Shown in pieces: positions 12,809-24,989 of a DNA stretch of 64,000 bases. The notes beneath the pieces were generated by a model, which worked only from the letters and a program-made list of their open reading frames with translations, did no database searches and had not been told where the DNA came from. Numbering within the stretch: position 1 is the stretch's first letter; every line of letters begins with the position of its first letter. The stretch lies in the NCBI GenBank assembly GCA_002269645.1, contig NIVC01000916.1:1-64000 (forward strand), in the 5' to 3' direction. Source of the DNA: Macrostomum lignano (Eukaryota). Position numbers and translations under genes: made by a program.

Positions 12809-13601
12809 TCAGTCCAGGACCTTCTCCATCTGCGGGTTCTTCTTGTTGCCGCGGCAGGCCGTCATCGGAATCAGCGGGTGCTGCGTGGTCTTCAGGTAGT
12901 CCTGCGATTCAAAATGGACCAAGTGTTAGTAGAGAGCCCGGATCATCTTAAACTCTGGGGTGCAGAATAGTTCAGCGGGTAATGTATCTAGCTCGTAACT
13001 CTCTGACTTTGAACTCCAAAGGCACAGAGCTCAGGGGTCAGGGAAATGAGCGCCCACAGCCCCCCGCCCACTAGCACAATCTAACTTCACAACAGCTATC
13101 TCAAACTCGAGCAGTCACTCACATGACCACTGCAGCGCGTTTATCTTCTCGGCGTCCGAGGCCCTAGCGCCGACGTAAACGATATAATTTCCACGCCCGT
13201 GTCGATGATGTACACATCCCTGGGAATGGTCAATTCTGTGATCATCTGCAACCAACACTACTCATAAAAAAGCTGAGAAATTAAGTCACACTTACATCCT
13301 CATTTATCATGGATCTGGGGCAGTTGCCCTCTGAGACCAGAGAGTACTGCAGCTAGCCCGACTCGTCTGACAGCCTATGGGTAATTAAGATGGCGAGATG
13401 AGCGAGATAGAGGGAGAATGGGTGAGAGTGCGGGACTGAAACCCGCGCGGACAATGGCGTGGGTGAAAGACAAGCCATCATCAGCCAACAGAACCGCACC
13501 TGAATATGGCCTTCCTGCCGCTGCGCACATCGCTTTTCACCTCCAAGGACTTCTTGGCGTAGGGCACGTCGGGCAGGCTCTGATAGAACTGCTGCCCCCG
13601 C
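12809..13601 (-). pseudogene. gelsolin/severin-family actin modulator, C-terminal domain exons only, disrupted
   Basis: Exons 13601-13500, 13374-13296, 13219-13123 and 12901-12809 read ...KAIFRLSDESG*LQYSLVSEGNCPRSMINED/DVYIIDTGVEI/IVYVGARASDAEKINALQW/DYLKTTQHPLIPMTACRGNKKNPQMEKVLD* (RLSD.SG and DV.I.DTG motifs). In-frame TAG at 13353-13355 plus indels. No 5' exons recognisable before the cytochrome b5 gene. Confidence 0.75.
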
Positions 13602-14024
13602 CTGCACCGCCACTGCACTTAAGGTAAAGGAGCATAGGCACTCACTGCACGATCTGCTATTCGGGATCATCAGCAGGTTAGGTTTGCAAACAATTTTGAG
13701 ACAGTGAGCAGATCGATCACTTTAAGATTATTGATAGGTGCCAGTCTGACTTGAATAATTTATGAAAACGCGTCAGAAATAAACAAACCAAATTTGACAA
13801 TGCCAATTTTATTTCTTCTAAAGAGAACTCTGTATTTTTTGTAATAAACGGAACTACCACGCAAATGAAAATAAACCATTGATTTAAATTACTATTTTCT
13901 TCGAATGCAAACTTATCGCACTAATTGCTCTCGAGCACGGCGGCAAGCTGCACTGATTTACTTTTTCACAACTGTCGATTTGCTATTGAATTCTATTTCA
14001 TAAGGTTTAACTGAATTTGCCACT

Positions 14025-17000
14025 ATGTCTTCACTGCGTCAGATCTCAATGCAAGAAATTGCTGCCCACAAATCATCAGAAAGCTGTTGGCTGGTGATCA
14101 ACGACAAAGTGTATGATGTCACGAAGTTTCTTGAAGAGGTAAGTGAGCTGCGCCATGATATAGATTTTCATTGAGTGTAAGCTAGTAAAAAATGTATTAC
14201 TTCTAGAGTACGAACTCTAGATTTACAAAGTAAAAGCCAACAACAGGGTAGACCTAGTAGTAGTTAAATATTGTAATAAGGGCAGTCATTAAAGTCATCC
14301 TTTGGATTTCTTTCTTGGCTTGATAAAATGTGCAGAAACACAAAAGCTTAACTCACTTCAAGACTGCTATTATGAAGAGTTGTATAAAATTATCTCATAA
14401 TGCTACATTAATCAGTTTTATCTCTTGTAACTGATTCTTAGTGATTACTGATTAGTTTTAGGCCTATACCATTAAAAGCAATCAATTTGATTTGAAGTAG
14501 TATGCAATGTTACTTTTTTTCTAAAAGCAGTTGATTTGTCCTGATCTATACTATACTATTTTGCAATCAGAAATCTAAGTCAATTTGGATAAAAAATATC
14601 TATCCATCTAGAGAACTGCATTGTATACCAATAATAAAATACATTTTTTCTAATTAACAATAAATCAATTTATGTTAGAAATTTTAGTCTAGATTCTGGC
14701 TTTGATAAGATTTATAAAACATAATTATAAAGATTAATCTATTTATACAACTGCTTAATATGCTGCATTAAGTTTTAATTGTATAGTATAATATCTTTTT
14801 TATTATGTCTCCATATTTTATTTTTAAATATTTGTAACTTCTATCTATGCAATAATTTATTGCTACTTAGAAAGCGCATAGAAACTAGTAAAGCCTAGTC
14901 TAATAAAATTAAAAGTAATTAAAAGTAAAGTAATTATTGTATTTTAATTTAACTAGTTTAAAGTCATTATTGATTGCTTTGAACCAAATTACTAGAATTT
15001 TTAGATTATACTAATAGATCTTTGTTTATGATTATTTATGCAAAGATATCAATATTGATTTCTAAATAGATCTTATATTATTTAATTTTTAAATTCTTCC
15101 AACTATAAAAAATTTATAAGTATAAGTAAAGATCAGTGACCATTATACAATGGTGTAGCTAAGATTTTCAAAAGGGGGGATAACTTTTAGGGACAAAATT
15201 ACAGACTAATAAAATAGTTTTTTTGCATTTTTGCTTAAAATATGCATTTAAAAAATAATAAAATTGGCTAAAAAACTTTACTTTGTTAAAATCAGAATGA
15301 AGCTATCAGATATCTATCCTGACTAGAGCATTTTAGGAACTAGGAATTTGTGGAAATATCATTTAAAACATTTTATTAGTAATATACGAGTTAAATAGGC
15401 CAATTTTAGGCAATTTTGCTAAGTCAAAGCTGCTTTATTTTGCTTTTTTTAAAACCTCATTTTCGTTTCCTATAAATCATCAAAATGGGGGAGGGGATAT
15501 ATTCCCATATCCCCCCTAGCTATGCTACTGCCATTATATTTTAGGCATGAATAGGTCTTTAGATAAACAAAAATGAATAAGTTCTATTTATTTTTTCTGT
15601 CATATAATCCCAAAGCCATGATCCCCAAGAAGAATCCCTTATAAAAGCAATAACTTGGCCATTCCACTAACTCTATCTATGCCACAGATCTTGTTAAAGC
15701 TTTGTTATGAAGTGAATTAGGGACATGCATATTTGTAACAGAGCTCAGTGCTACTGTAGAGTTTCCATCTGTACCCTGCATATGAGCTGTACTTGAATCT
15801 ACAAGTACACAGCAAAACTAATTGTGCAGTACTGTTAACAGGCCAGTTCCATTCATATGACCTTCAGTGTCCTCGTGGAAAGAGTGTTAAAAAAACGAAA
15901 GGCGACTGCCCTTCAAACGAAATTTCATTGTCCGCTTGTTTGACCGCTTATTCTCTCTGTCTGTCTCTCCTGTGCTTACTGGTCAGTCCTGGCATTTTCT
16001 CTGCAGCTTTTTGTGCTGACCTATCTGCGGCCTTTTGAGGCCACTGAGCTCAGCTCTCAACTTCACCCCTTCTTCTCTTCTTTATCTGTTTCATTGAACT
16101 CTAAACTTCGTCATACTGGCGTATGCAAAAAATTCGCAGGATAATATCAGCCCAGGCGGTTCGAGTTTTGAAATTTTTCTTAAAGTTTCAATGCTTTGCG
16201 ATATTGAGAGGAATTGGAGTGACTGTTGAATATTTTATAATGTTAGGAAGTTTGAATGACAAGATACCTAGCTAACATCTAGCTAGTATTGGACTGGACT
16301 GAGCTGCTTAGTTTTGATTGCTGGCCTGTCCTTCACCCTCCCAGACCCTCAGTTGCTGACCACAACTGCTCTCCCAGATCCTCAGTTGCTGACCACAACT
16401 GCTCTCCCAGATCCTCAGTTGCTGACCACAACTGCTCTCCCAGATCCTCAGTTGCTGACGACAACTGCTCTCCCAGATCCTCAGTTGCTGACGACAACTG
16501 CTCTCCCAGATCCTCAGTTGCTGACGACAACTGCTCTCCCAGATCCTCAGTTGCTGGGCCAGCCTCCCAGATCCTCATTTGCTGGGCCAGCCTCCCAGAT
16601 CCTCATTTGCTGGGCCAGCCTCCCAGATCCTCATTTTGCTGTGCCAGCCTCCCAGATCCTCATTTGCTGTGCCAACCTCCCAGATCCTCATTTGCTGGGC
16701 CAGCCTCCCAAATCCTCATTTGCTGACCACTACTGCTCTCTCAGATCCTCAGTTGCTGGGCCACAGCCTCCCAATCCTCAGTTGCTGGGCCAGCCTCCCA
16801 GATCCTCAGTTGCTAGGCAAGTCTGTCCGATCCTCGGTTGCTGGGCCATCACCACCGCAGACCGCAGGTCCCAGCCGCTGTGCGCACATGATCATAATTT
16901 ACTATCACAATCGCTGACTAAAACACTCCGCAGCACCCTGGCGGCGAGGAGGTCCTGCTGGAGCAGGCGGGCGGCTACGCGACCGAGCCGTTCGAAGACG

Positions 17001-17491
17001 TCGGCCACTCGACGGACGCCCGGGAGCTCATGGCCAAGTACCTGATCGGCGAGGTGGTGGAGAAGGAGCCGAAGCCAAGCAAGCCGAGCTCAGAGTCTGC
17101 CGGCAAATCTTCGGGCCCCGGGTGAGTTGAAGGAGGACTGGGATTGAGCGGTGTAAGTGCACATTCTGTGTGAGTGCACATTTTCTATAAGTGCACATTC
17201 TGTGTGAGTGTACATTCTGTGTGAGTGCACATTTTCTATAAGTGCACATTCTGTGTGAGTGTACATTCTGTGTGAGTGCACATTTTCTATAAGTGCACAT
17301 TCTGTGTGACTGCACATTTTCTATAAGTGCACTTTCTGTGTGAGTGTACATTTTACATGAGTTTATATTCTGTATGTGCTAATGTACATCACTCTGTCAC
17401 TTACCCGCCACCCGGCAGCTCCGTGATCGGCTTGCTGGTTCCCATCGGCCTGGCGGTGGCGGCCTTCTTCATCTACAAGTTCTTCTACTGA
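14025..17491 (+). CDS. CYB5: tail-anchored cytochrome b5, 3 exons, ~124 aa
   Basis: Exons 14025-14138, 16934-17121 and 17419-17491: [18 protein letters not shown]|[33 protein letters not shown]... with the HPGG and GHS heme ligands and a C-terminal TM segment [28 protein letters not shown] at 17575. Confidence 0.97.
15148..15530. mobile_element. non-autonomous hAT-type MITE in cytochrome b5 intron 1
   Basis: Identical 8-bp TSD CCATTATA at 15140-15147 and 15531-15538. Degenerate TIRs CAATGGTGTAGCTAAG and (reverse complement) CAGTAGCATAGCTAGG match at 11/16, with internal G-run and C-run. Confidence 0.8.
16345..16850 (+). repeat. 33/28-bp minisatellite (CCTCCCAGATCCTCAGTTGCTG core) in cytochrome b5 intron 1
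   Basis: 33-bp units ending ACCACAACTGCT grade into 28-bp units ending GGCCAG. Confidence 0.95.
17155..17350 (+). repeat. 51-bp minisatellite in cytochrome b5 intron 2
   Basis: About 4 copies built of GTGCACATTCTGTGTGA and GTGCACATTTTCTATAA subunits. Confidence 0.9.
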
Positions 17492-17912
17492 GTTGGAGCT
17501 AGCTGGCTGCGGAGCTGCCTCAGGCAGACCACCGTTCTGAGCGCAAACTGCACTGAGCAGTTTGTTATAACGATAATAAAGCACTGGCTTGGACTGCCAG
17601 TGTCGTTTCTACGATGATTTATATTGAATTATTATGCCTATATGCTTATTTCGCTGCTAGTAAACGAAAAAATGTAGAGAACATTATGGTTATATATGCT
17701 TCCGAGTAGTAGCATTAGAGTATGAGCTCAATCAGTTGTCACGTGACATGTTTCTAATTCCCTTATTTGTATATTTCTTAGAAATGGCGATGGAATTTAT
17801 TAGTTCTTGAATTTGGGTCGTTAAAAATGTTTTGGTGTGGTGCGATTGCAAATTGATTGACAGACAGACAGAAGGTGACAGGTTCTCGGCAGCAAAGTCG
17901 CTCACGGGCTCG

Positions 17913-20900
17913 CTAATATCGTTCATAGACTCTGGTGTATTGAACGTCCTTGTTGATGATTTTCACCAGCTGAAATAGAGGCCAATTGTGATTGTTTGTG
18001 AGCAGGTACTTTGGCTCGGCGAGATCAAGATTGAGTAATCCGTGATACCAGCCTCCCAGATCCTCAGTTGCTGGGCCAGCCTCCCAGATCCTCAGTTGCT
18101 GGGCCACAGCCTCCCAGATCCTCAGTTGCTGGGCCAGCCTCCCAGATCCTCAGTTGCTGGGCCAGCCTCCCAGATCCTCAGTTGCTGGGCCAGCCTCCCA
18201 GATCCTCAGTTGCTGGGCCAGCCTCCTAGAGCCTTAATTGCTGGGCCAGCCTTCCAGATCCTCAGTTGCTGGGCCACAGCCTCCCAGATCCTCAGTTGTT
18301 GGGCCAGCCTCCCAGATGCTCAGTTGCTGGGCCAGCCTCCCAGATCCTCAGTTGCTGGGCCAGCCTCCCAGATCCTCAGTTGCTGGGCCAGCCTTCCAGA
18401 TCCTCAACTGCTGGGCCACAGCCTCCCAGATCCTTAATTGCTGGGCCAGCCTCCCAGATCCTCAGTTGCTGGGCCAGCCTCCCAGATCCTCAGTTGCTGG
18501 GCCACAGCCTCCCAGATCCTCAGTTGCTGGGCCAGCCTCCCAGATCCTCAGTTGCTGGGCCAGCCTCCCAGATCCTCAGTTGCTGGGCCACAGCCTCCCA
18601 ATCCTCAGTTGCTGGGCCAGCCTCCCAGATCCTCATTTGCTGACCACTACTGCTCTCCCAGATCCTCAGTTGCTGGGCCAGCCTCCCAGATCCTCAGTTG
18701 CTGGGCCAGCCTTCCAGATCCTTAGTTGCTGGGCCACAGCCTCCCAGATCCTCAGTTGCTGGCCCAGCCTCCCAGATCCTCATTTGCTGGGCCAGCCTCC
18801 CAGATCCTCAGTTGCTATTAGTTCAACGACCAGTTGAAGTTGAAGTGGAGCGCAAATTTGAACCCGCATGCACTGAAACCACCTGCATCATTCAATGCGC
18901 TGCCTCACCTCCTGCATTTCTCCATCTTCGGTGATCCACCGCTCTACTTTCACGTCGTGCGGCTTCCCCTTCTGCAGCTCCGAGTACCACCCGGTGGCTG
19001 GGTCGAAGTCCGGCACCAGCTGGCAGATGGCGGTTAAGGAAGGAATAGAATGGATTGCTAATCTAGCCTATCATGGATGCAGGAATAGAATGGATTGCTA
19101 ATCTAGCCTATCATGGATGCAGGAATAGAATGGATTGCTAATCTAGCCTATCATGGATGCAGGAATAGAATAGATTGCTAATCTAGCCTATCATGGATGC
19201 AGGAATAGAATGGATTGCTAATCTAGCCTATCATGGATGCAGGAATAGAATGGATTGCTAATCTAGCCTATCATGGGTGCAGGAATAGAATGGATTGCTA
19301 ATCTAGCCTATCATGGATGCAGGAATAGAATGGATTGCTAATCTAGCCTATCATGGATGCAGGAGTAGAATGGATTGCTAATCTAGCCTATCATGGATGC
19401 AGGAATAGAATGGATTGCTAATCTAGCCTATCATGGATGCAGGAGTAGAATAGATTGTTAATCTAGCCTATCATGGATGCAGGAATAGAATGGATTGCTA
19501 ATCTAGCCTATCATGGATGCAGGAGTAGAATGGATTGCTAATCTAGCCTATCATGGATGCAGGAATAGAATGGATTGCTAATCTAGCCTATCATGGATGC
19601 AGAAATAGAATGGATTGCTAATCTAGCCTATCATGGATGCAGGAATAGAATGGATTGCTAATCTAGCCTATCATGGATGCAGGAATAGAATGGATTGCTA
19701 ATCTAGCCTATCATGGATGCAGGAATAGAATGGATTGCTAATCTAGCCTATCATGGGTGCAGGAATAGAATGGATTGCTAATCTAGCCTATCATGGATGC
19801 AGGAGTAGAATGGATTGTTAATCTAGCCTATCATGGATGCAGGAATAGAATGGATTGCTAATCTAGCCTATCATGGATGCAGGAGTAGAATGGATTGCTA
19901 GTCTAGCCTATCATGGATGCAGGAGTAGAATGGATTGCTAGTCTAGCCTATCATGGATGCAGGAGTAGAATGGATTGCTAATCTAGCCTATCATGGATGC
20001 AGGAGTAGAATGGATTGCTAGTCTAGCCTATCATGGATGCAGGAGTAGAATGGATTGCTAGTCTAGCCTATCATGGATGCAGGAGTAGAATGGATTGCTA
20101 GTCTAGCCTATCATGGATGCAGGAGTAGAATGGATTGCTAATCTAGCCTATCATGGATGCAGGAGTAGAATGGATTGCTAATCTAGCCTATCATGGATGC
20201 AGGAGTAGAATGGATTGCTAGTCTAGCCTATCATGGATGCAGGAGTAGAATGGATTGCTAGTCTAGCCTATCATGGATGCAGGAGTAGAATGGATTGCTA
20301 GTCTAGCCAAACAGGAGGAACAAATCACAAATGCGGAGCCAGCATGCGCGGATTTATAATCTGATGGACTGCTGCAACTCACTCTAACGCTCCTATCGTC
20401 GGGCAACACAGCGTCGATCTCCTGTCCCAGTTGGAATCGGATTTGACCTTTCTTGAAGGCGAGCTGCCAATCGATGATCCAGGTGCCGTCGTCCGCTTTC
20501 TGGAAGTCCAGGTAGACGGTTGCCATGGCGGCCGCTTTGCGCAAAATAAAGCCGACATCTGCAAAATAATTTGTACTTTTAAGTGACTACTTCAAGTAGG
20601 TTACGGTGGCCTCAATTTGTGGCAGTCTTAACTATTCACTTCTCAATTCGTATCTCTCAATCCGTATCTACTTCTCTCAATCCATGTCTACCGCTCAATC
20701 CGTGTCTACCTCTCCCAATTCTTATCTACTCCTCCTAATTTTTGTCTACTTCTATAAATGTGTTTACCTCTCTCAGTTCGTGTCTACTCTCAATCCGTGT
20801 CTACCTCTCTCAATCCGTGTCTACCTCTCTCAATCCGTATTTACTTCTCTCAAAACATGTCTACCGCTCAATCCGTGTCTACCTCTCTCAATCCGTATTT

Positions 20901-21844
20901 ACTTCTCTCAAAACATGTCTACCGCTCAATCCGTATTTACTTCTCTCAAAACATGTCTACCGCTCAATCCGTGTCTACCTCTCTCAATCCGTATCTACTT
21001 CTCTCAAAACATGTCTACCGCTCAATCCGTGTCTACTTCTCTCAATTCGTGTCTACTTCTCTCAAAACATGTCTACCTCTCTCAATCCGTATCTACTTCT
21101 CTCAAAACATGTCTACCTCTCTCAATCCGTATTTACTTCTCTCAAAACATGTCTACCGCTCAATCCGTGTCTACCTCTCTCAATCCGTATCTACTTATCT
21201 CAAAACATGTCTACCGCTCAATCCGTGTCTACTTCTCTTAATTCGTGTCTACTTCTCTCAATCCGTGTCTACCTCTCTCAATCCGTATTTACTTCTCTCA
21301 AAACATGTCTACCGCTCAATCCGTGTCTACCTCTCTCAATTCGTGTCTACTTCTCTCAAAACATGTCTACCGCTCAATCCGTGTCTACCTCTCTCAATTC
21401 GTGTCTACTTCTCTCAATCTGTGTCTACTTCTCTCAATCCGTGTCTACCTCTCTCAATCCGTATCTACTTCTCTCAAAACATGTATACCGCTCAATCCTT
21501 GTCTACCTCTCCCAATTCTTATCTTCTCTTAATTTTTGTCTACTTCTATAATTCTGTGTTTACCTCTCTCAATTCGTGTCTACTTCTCTCAATCTGTCTG
21601 CTTCTCTCAATGTCTAGTTTTCCTCCATCTTCGTCCGTCTCTCCCGATCATTGTCTACTTCTCTCTACCTTCCGACATGTTTATCTAATTTCGAGAAATA
21701 TCATTTGGCTAAAAGCCTCCTATCTGGTGTACTTTTGCTGGAAACAGCTTCTCAAAATGAGTATAGTAACGCACCCATCGCCTTCATGAAGTTGTCAAAG
21801 TTCTCCACCTTAGTGGACTTCCATTTTCCAAGAAATTTTTCCAT
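17913..21844 (-). CDS. FABP: fatty-acid-binding protein (intracellular lipid-binding family), 4 exons, 137 aa
   Basis: Exons 21844-21775, 20558-20383, 19019-18909 and 17969-17913, with GT-AG introns at the classical FABP positions: [36 protein letters not shown]...[18 protein letters not shown]...[24 protein letters not shown] on the minus strand at 17796-17801. Confidence 0.93.
18045..18815 (+). repeat. 28/30-bp minisatellite in FABP intron 3, same family as 16345-16850
   Basis: About 27 copies of CCTCCCAGATCCTCAGTTGCTGGGCC(AC)AG. Confidence 0.97.
19041..20308 (+). repeat. 40-bp minisatellite filling FABP intron 2
   Basis: About 32 copies of AGGA(A/G)TAGAATGGATTGCTA(A/G)TCTAGCCTATCATGGATGC, with G variants enriched on the right. 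Confidence 0.99.
20620..21620 (+). repeat. ~20-bp degenerate minisatellite in FABP intron 1
   Basis: Mosaic of CTCTCAATCCGTGTCTACCT, CTCTCAAAACATGTCTACCG and related units. Confidence 0.95.
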
Positions 21845-22179
21845 TGCTTTCAATAATTTGCCGAAGTTCAAGGACAGAAAATCACAGCCGTTAAATTTTG
21901 CTTTTTCAGTGTCTTCAAGCTACCAGGCCTTATTAACACAGATAGTTTTAGGAGCCTGCCAGCGCCTTAACAGCAAAGTACTTGCCTATTACACTTGCAA
22001 ACAGGGCAGGGAGGCTTGAATGTACACCGCTTGAAGGGAAAGATAATGGACAGTGTAGGCAATGTACATGTGAAAAATGTATACAAGAGAGATAATGGCT
22101 GATTATTTGCATGTCTTCTGGTTGCTCTTGCAGTTGGCTGGTTGAACGACTAAATTTAATGGTTAACTGCATTTCGGGC

Positions 22180-23905
22180 TGACTGTTCTGTACTGTATAT
22201 ACTGTACTGTCAATTCTTTACTGTCCATTCTTTACTGTCCATTCTGTACTGTAGATTCTGTACTGTCAATTCTTTACTGTCCATTCTGTACTGTCCATTG
22301 TGTACTATTCATTCTTTACTGTCCATTCTGTACAGTCAATTCTGTACTGTCCATTCTTTACTGTCTATTCTGTACTGTCCATTCTTTACTGTCTATTCTG
22401 TACTGTCCATTCTTTACTGTCTATTCTGTACTGTCCATTCTGTACTGTCCATTCTGTACTGTCCATTCTGTACTGTCCATTCTTTACTGTCCATTCTTTA
22501 CTGTCCATTCTTTACTGTCCATTCTTTACTGTCCATTCTTTACTGTCCATTCTTTACTGTCCATTCTGTACAGTCAATTCTGTACTGTCTATTCTGTACT
22601 ATTCATTCTGTACTGTCCATTGTGTACTATCCATTCAGTACTGTCCATTCTGTACAGTCCATTCTGTACTGTCCATTCTGTACTATTCATTCTGTACAGT
22701 CCATTATGTACTGTCCATTCTGTACTATCCATTCTGTACTGTCCATTCTGTACTGTCCATTCTGTACTGTCTATTCTGTACTGTCCATTCTGTACTATCC
22801 ATTCTGTACTGTCCATTCTGTACTGTCCATTCTGTACTGTCCATTCTGTACTATCCATTCTGTACAGTCCATTCTCTACTGTCCATTCTGTACTGTCTAT
22901 TCTGTACTGTCAATTATTTACTGTCCATTCTGTACTGTCCTTTCTGTACTGTCCATTCTGTACTGTCCTTTCTGTACTGTCTATTCTATACTATCCATTC
23001 TGTACAGTCCATTCTGTACTGTCCATTCTGTACTGTCCATTCTGTACTGTCCATTCTGTACTGTCCATTCTGTACTGTCCATTCTGTACTGTCCATTCTG
23101 TACTGTCCATTCTGTACTGTCCATTCTGTACTGTCCATTCTGTACTGTCCATTCTGTACTGTCCATTCTGTACTGTCCATTCTGTACTGTCTATTCTGTA
23201 CTGTCCATTCTGTACTGTCCATTCTTTACTGTCCATTCTGTACTGTCCATTCTTTACTGTCTATTCTGTACTGTCCATTCTGTACTGTCTATTCTGTACT
23301 ATTCATTCTTTACTGTCCATTCTGTACAGTCAATTCTGTACTGTCTATTCTGTACTATTCATTCTGTACTGTCCATTGTGTACTATCCATTCAGTACTGT
23401 CCATTCTGTACAGTCCATTCTGTACTGTCCATTCTGTACTATTCATTCTGTACAGTCCATTATGTACTGTCCATTCTGTACTATCCATTCTGTACTGTCC
23501 ATTCTGTACTGTCCATTCTGTACTGTCTATTCTGTACTGTCCATTCTGTACTGTCCATTCTGTACTATCTATTCTGTACTGTCCATTCTGTACTGTCCAT
23601 TCTGTACTGTCCATTCTGTACTGTCCATTCTGTACTGTCCATTCTGTACTATCCATTCTGTACTGTCAATTATTTACTGTCCATTCTGTACTGTCCATTC
23701 TGCACTGTCTATTCTATACTGTCTATTCTGTACTATCCATTCTGTACTGTCCACTCTGTACTGTATATACTGTACTGTCAATTCTTTACTGTCCATTCTG
23801 TACTATCCATTCTGTACTGTCCATTCTGTACTGTATATACTGTGCTGTCCATTCTGTACTGTCCATTCTGTACAGTTCATATTGTACCGTCTATTCTGTA
23901 CAGCC
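22180..23905 (+). repeat. 14-bp minisatellite
   Basis: About 120 copies of TACTGTCCATTCTG with variants. It explains the 629, 557 and 435 aa Cys-rich pseudo-ORFs. Confidence 0.99.
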
Positions 23906-24254
23906 TATTCTCTGCCGTCTTCTTTAGTATTTTTTCTGCTTTTTACCTTATCTTTCGAGTCCAACTCAGATAGATTCGTACTCAAAATTTCACCTTCGGT
24001 CTCTGCACCTGCATGCAGTTTATCAATCAGTCGGGTCGCTCAGGTAAATTTCCACACTCTTCTGTGTGCTTGCTTGACAGTCTGCGCAATTCAATTTGCT
24101 TCATTTCTAGAGTGGCTTGGGTTCCATTTAGTTATGAAAAGACTGAGCACTAACAGCAATTGTGCGCCGCTCAACGCATATTTGTAATGGAGATGTAATA
24201 CTATATGTACTCTGGAACTGAGACTGCTGAGATGGCCTCCCCGATGCCCCCATA

Positions 24255-24600
24255 TTTGACACCCAGAGTCCTGCCATGTCACACCCCAGGGTCTTGCCAT
24301 CTCACACCCCAGAGTCTCGACATCTCACACCCCAGAGTCTCGACTTCTCACACCCCAGAGTCTATCCATCTCACACCCCAGAGTCTCGACATCTCACACC
24401 CCAGAGTCTATCCATCTCACACCCCAGAGTCTCGCCATCTCACACCCCAGAGTCTCGACATCTCACACCCCAGAGTCTATCCATCTCACACCCCAGAGTC
24501 TCGCCATCTCACACCCCAGAGTCTCGCCATCTCACACCCCAGAGTCTCGCCATCTCACACCCCAGAGTCTCGCCATCTCCCACCCTAGAGTCTCGCCATC
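24255..24600 (+). repeat. 23-bp minisatellite
   Basis: About 14 copies of CATCTCACACCCCAGAGTCTCG(A/C). Confidence 0.95.
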
Positions 24601-24989
24601 TGATACCTCAGGTTCAATTGTCATCTGTCACCACGATGTCCTGACATCTTTTAATTTAAAAAAGTCAATAAAAGGTGAAAATACTACTTTCACATACTAC
24701 TATCAAGCAGTAGTAAATCCATAAAAATCGTACAGACAAAAAGGGGTTCAAGTGGCAGTTAAACAAAAGCAGTTTAATGCATTTTTTAATTCAGATAAAA
24801 TTGCGTTACAACCTGATCTGCAGGCAGTGCAGGCCATTAAGATTTAAGTGAAATTGATTGATGAAGATTTCTGCTTCCAGACGCGATTTCATAATTTCAG
24901 GGTGGCCTTTAATGACATTCCATGATGGTACAAACACTTCCGTTGAGTGGATAGAATTCACGGTGAACTTTAAAATGAATGTACTGTAC

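Noticed and set aside
16289-18837. Pro/Gln-rich ORFs ([11 protein letters not shown] etc.)
   Set aside because: They lie in introns of cytochrome b5 and FABP and are frame-shifting 28-bp satellite translations
18820-18872. Alternative FABP last exon immediately after exon 3
   Set aside because: It needs a 36-nt intron and gives no FABP-like end, whereas 17969-17913 gives the canonical TRVYER terminus
20606-21789. 211-343 aa Ser/Leu-rich ORFs
   Set aside because: FABP intron 1 minisatellite
813-21844. Idea that the repeat precursor and neighbouring enzymes (sulfotransferase, cytochrome b5, acylphosphatase) form a RiPP-like biosynthetic cluster
   Set aside because: The neighbours are ordinary housekeeping or Golgi glycan enzymes with no known peptide-modifying role, and there is no protease or tailoring oxidase. 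Adjacency alone is not evidence.
22298-24187. 629, 557 and 435 aa Cys-rich ORFs
   Set aside because: Translations of a 14-bp satellite whose unit is not a multiple of 3, open in several frames, with no leader or splice context
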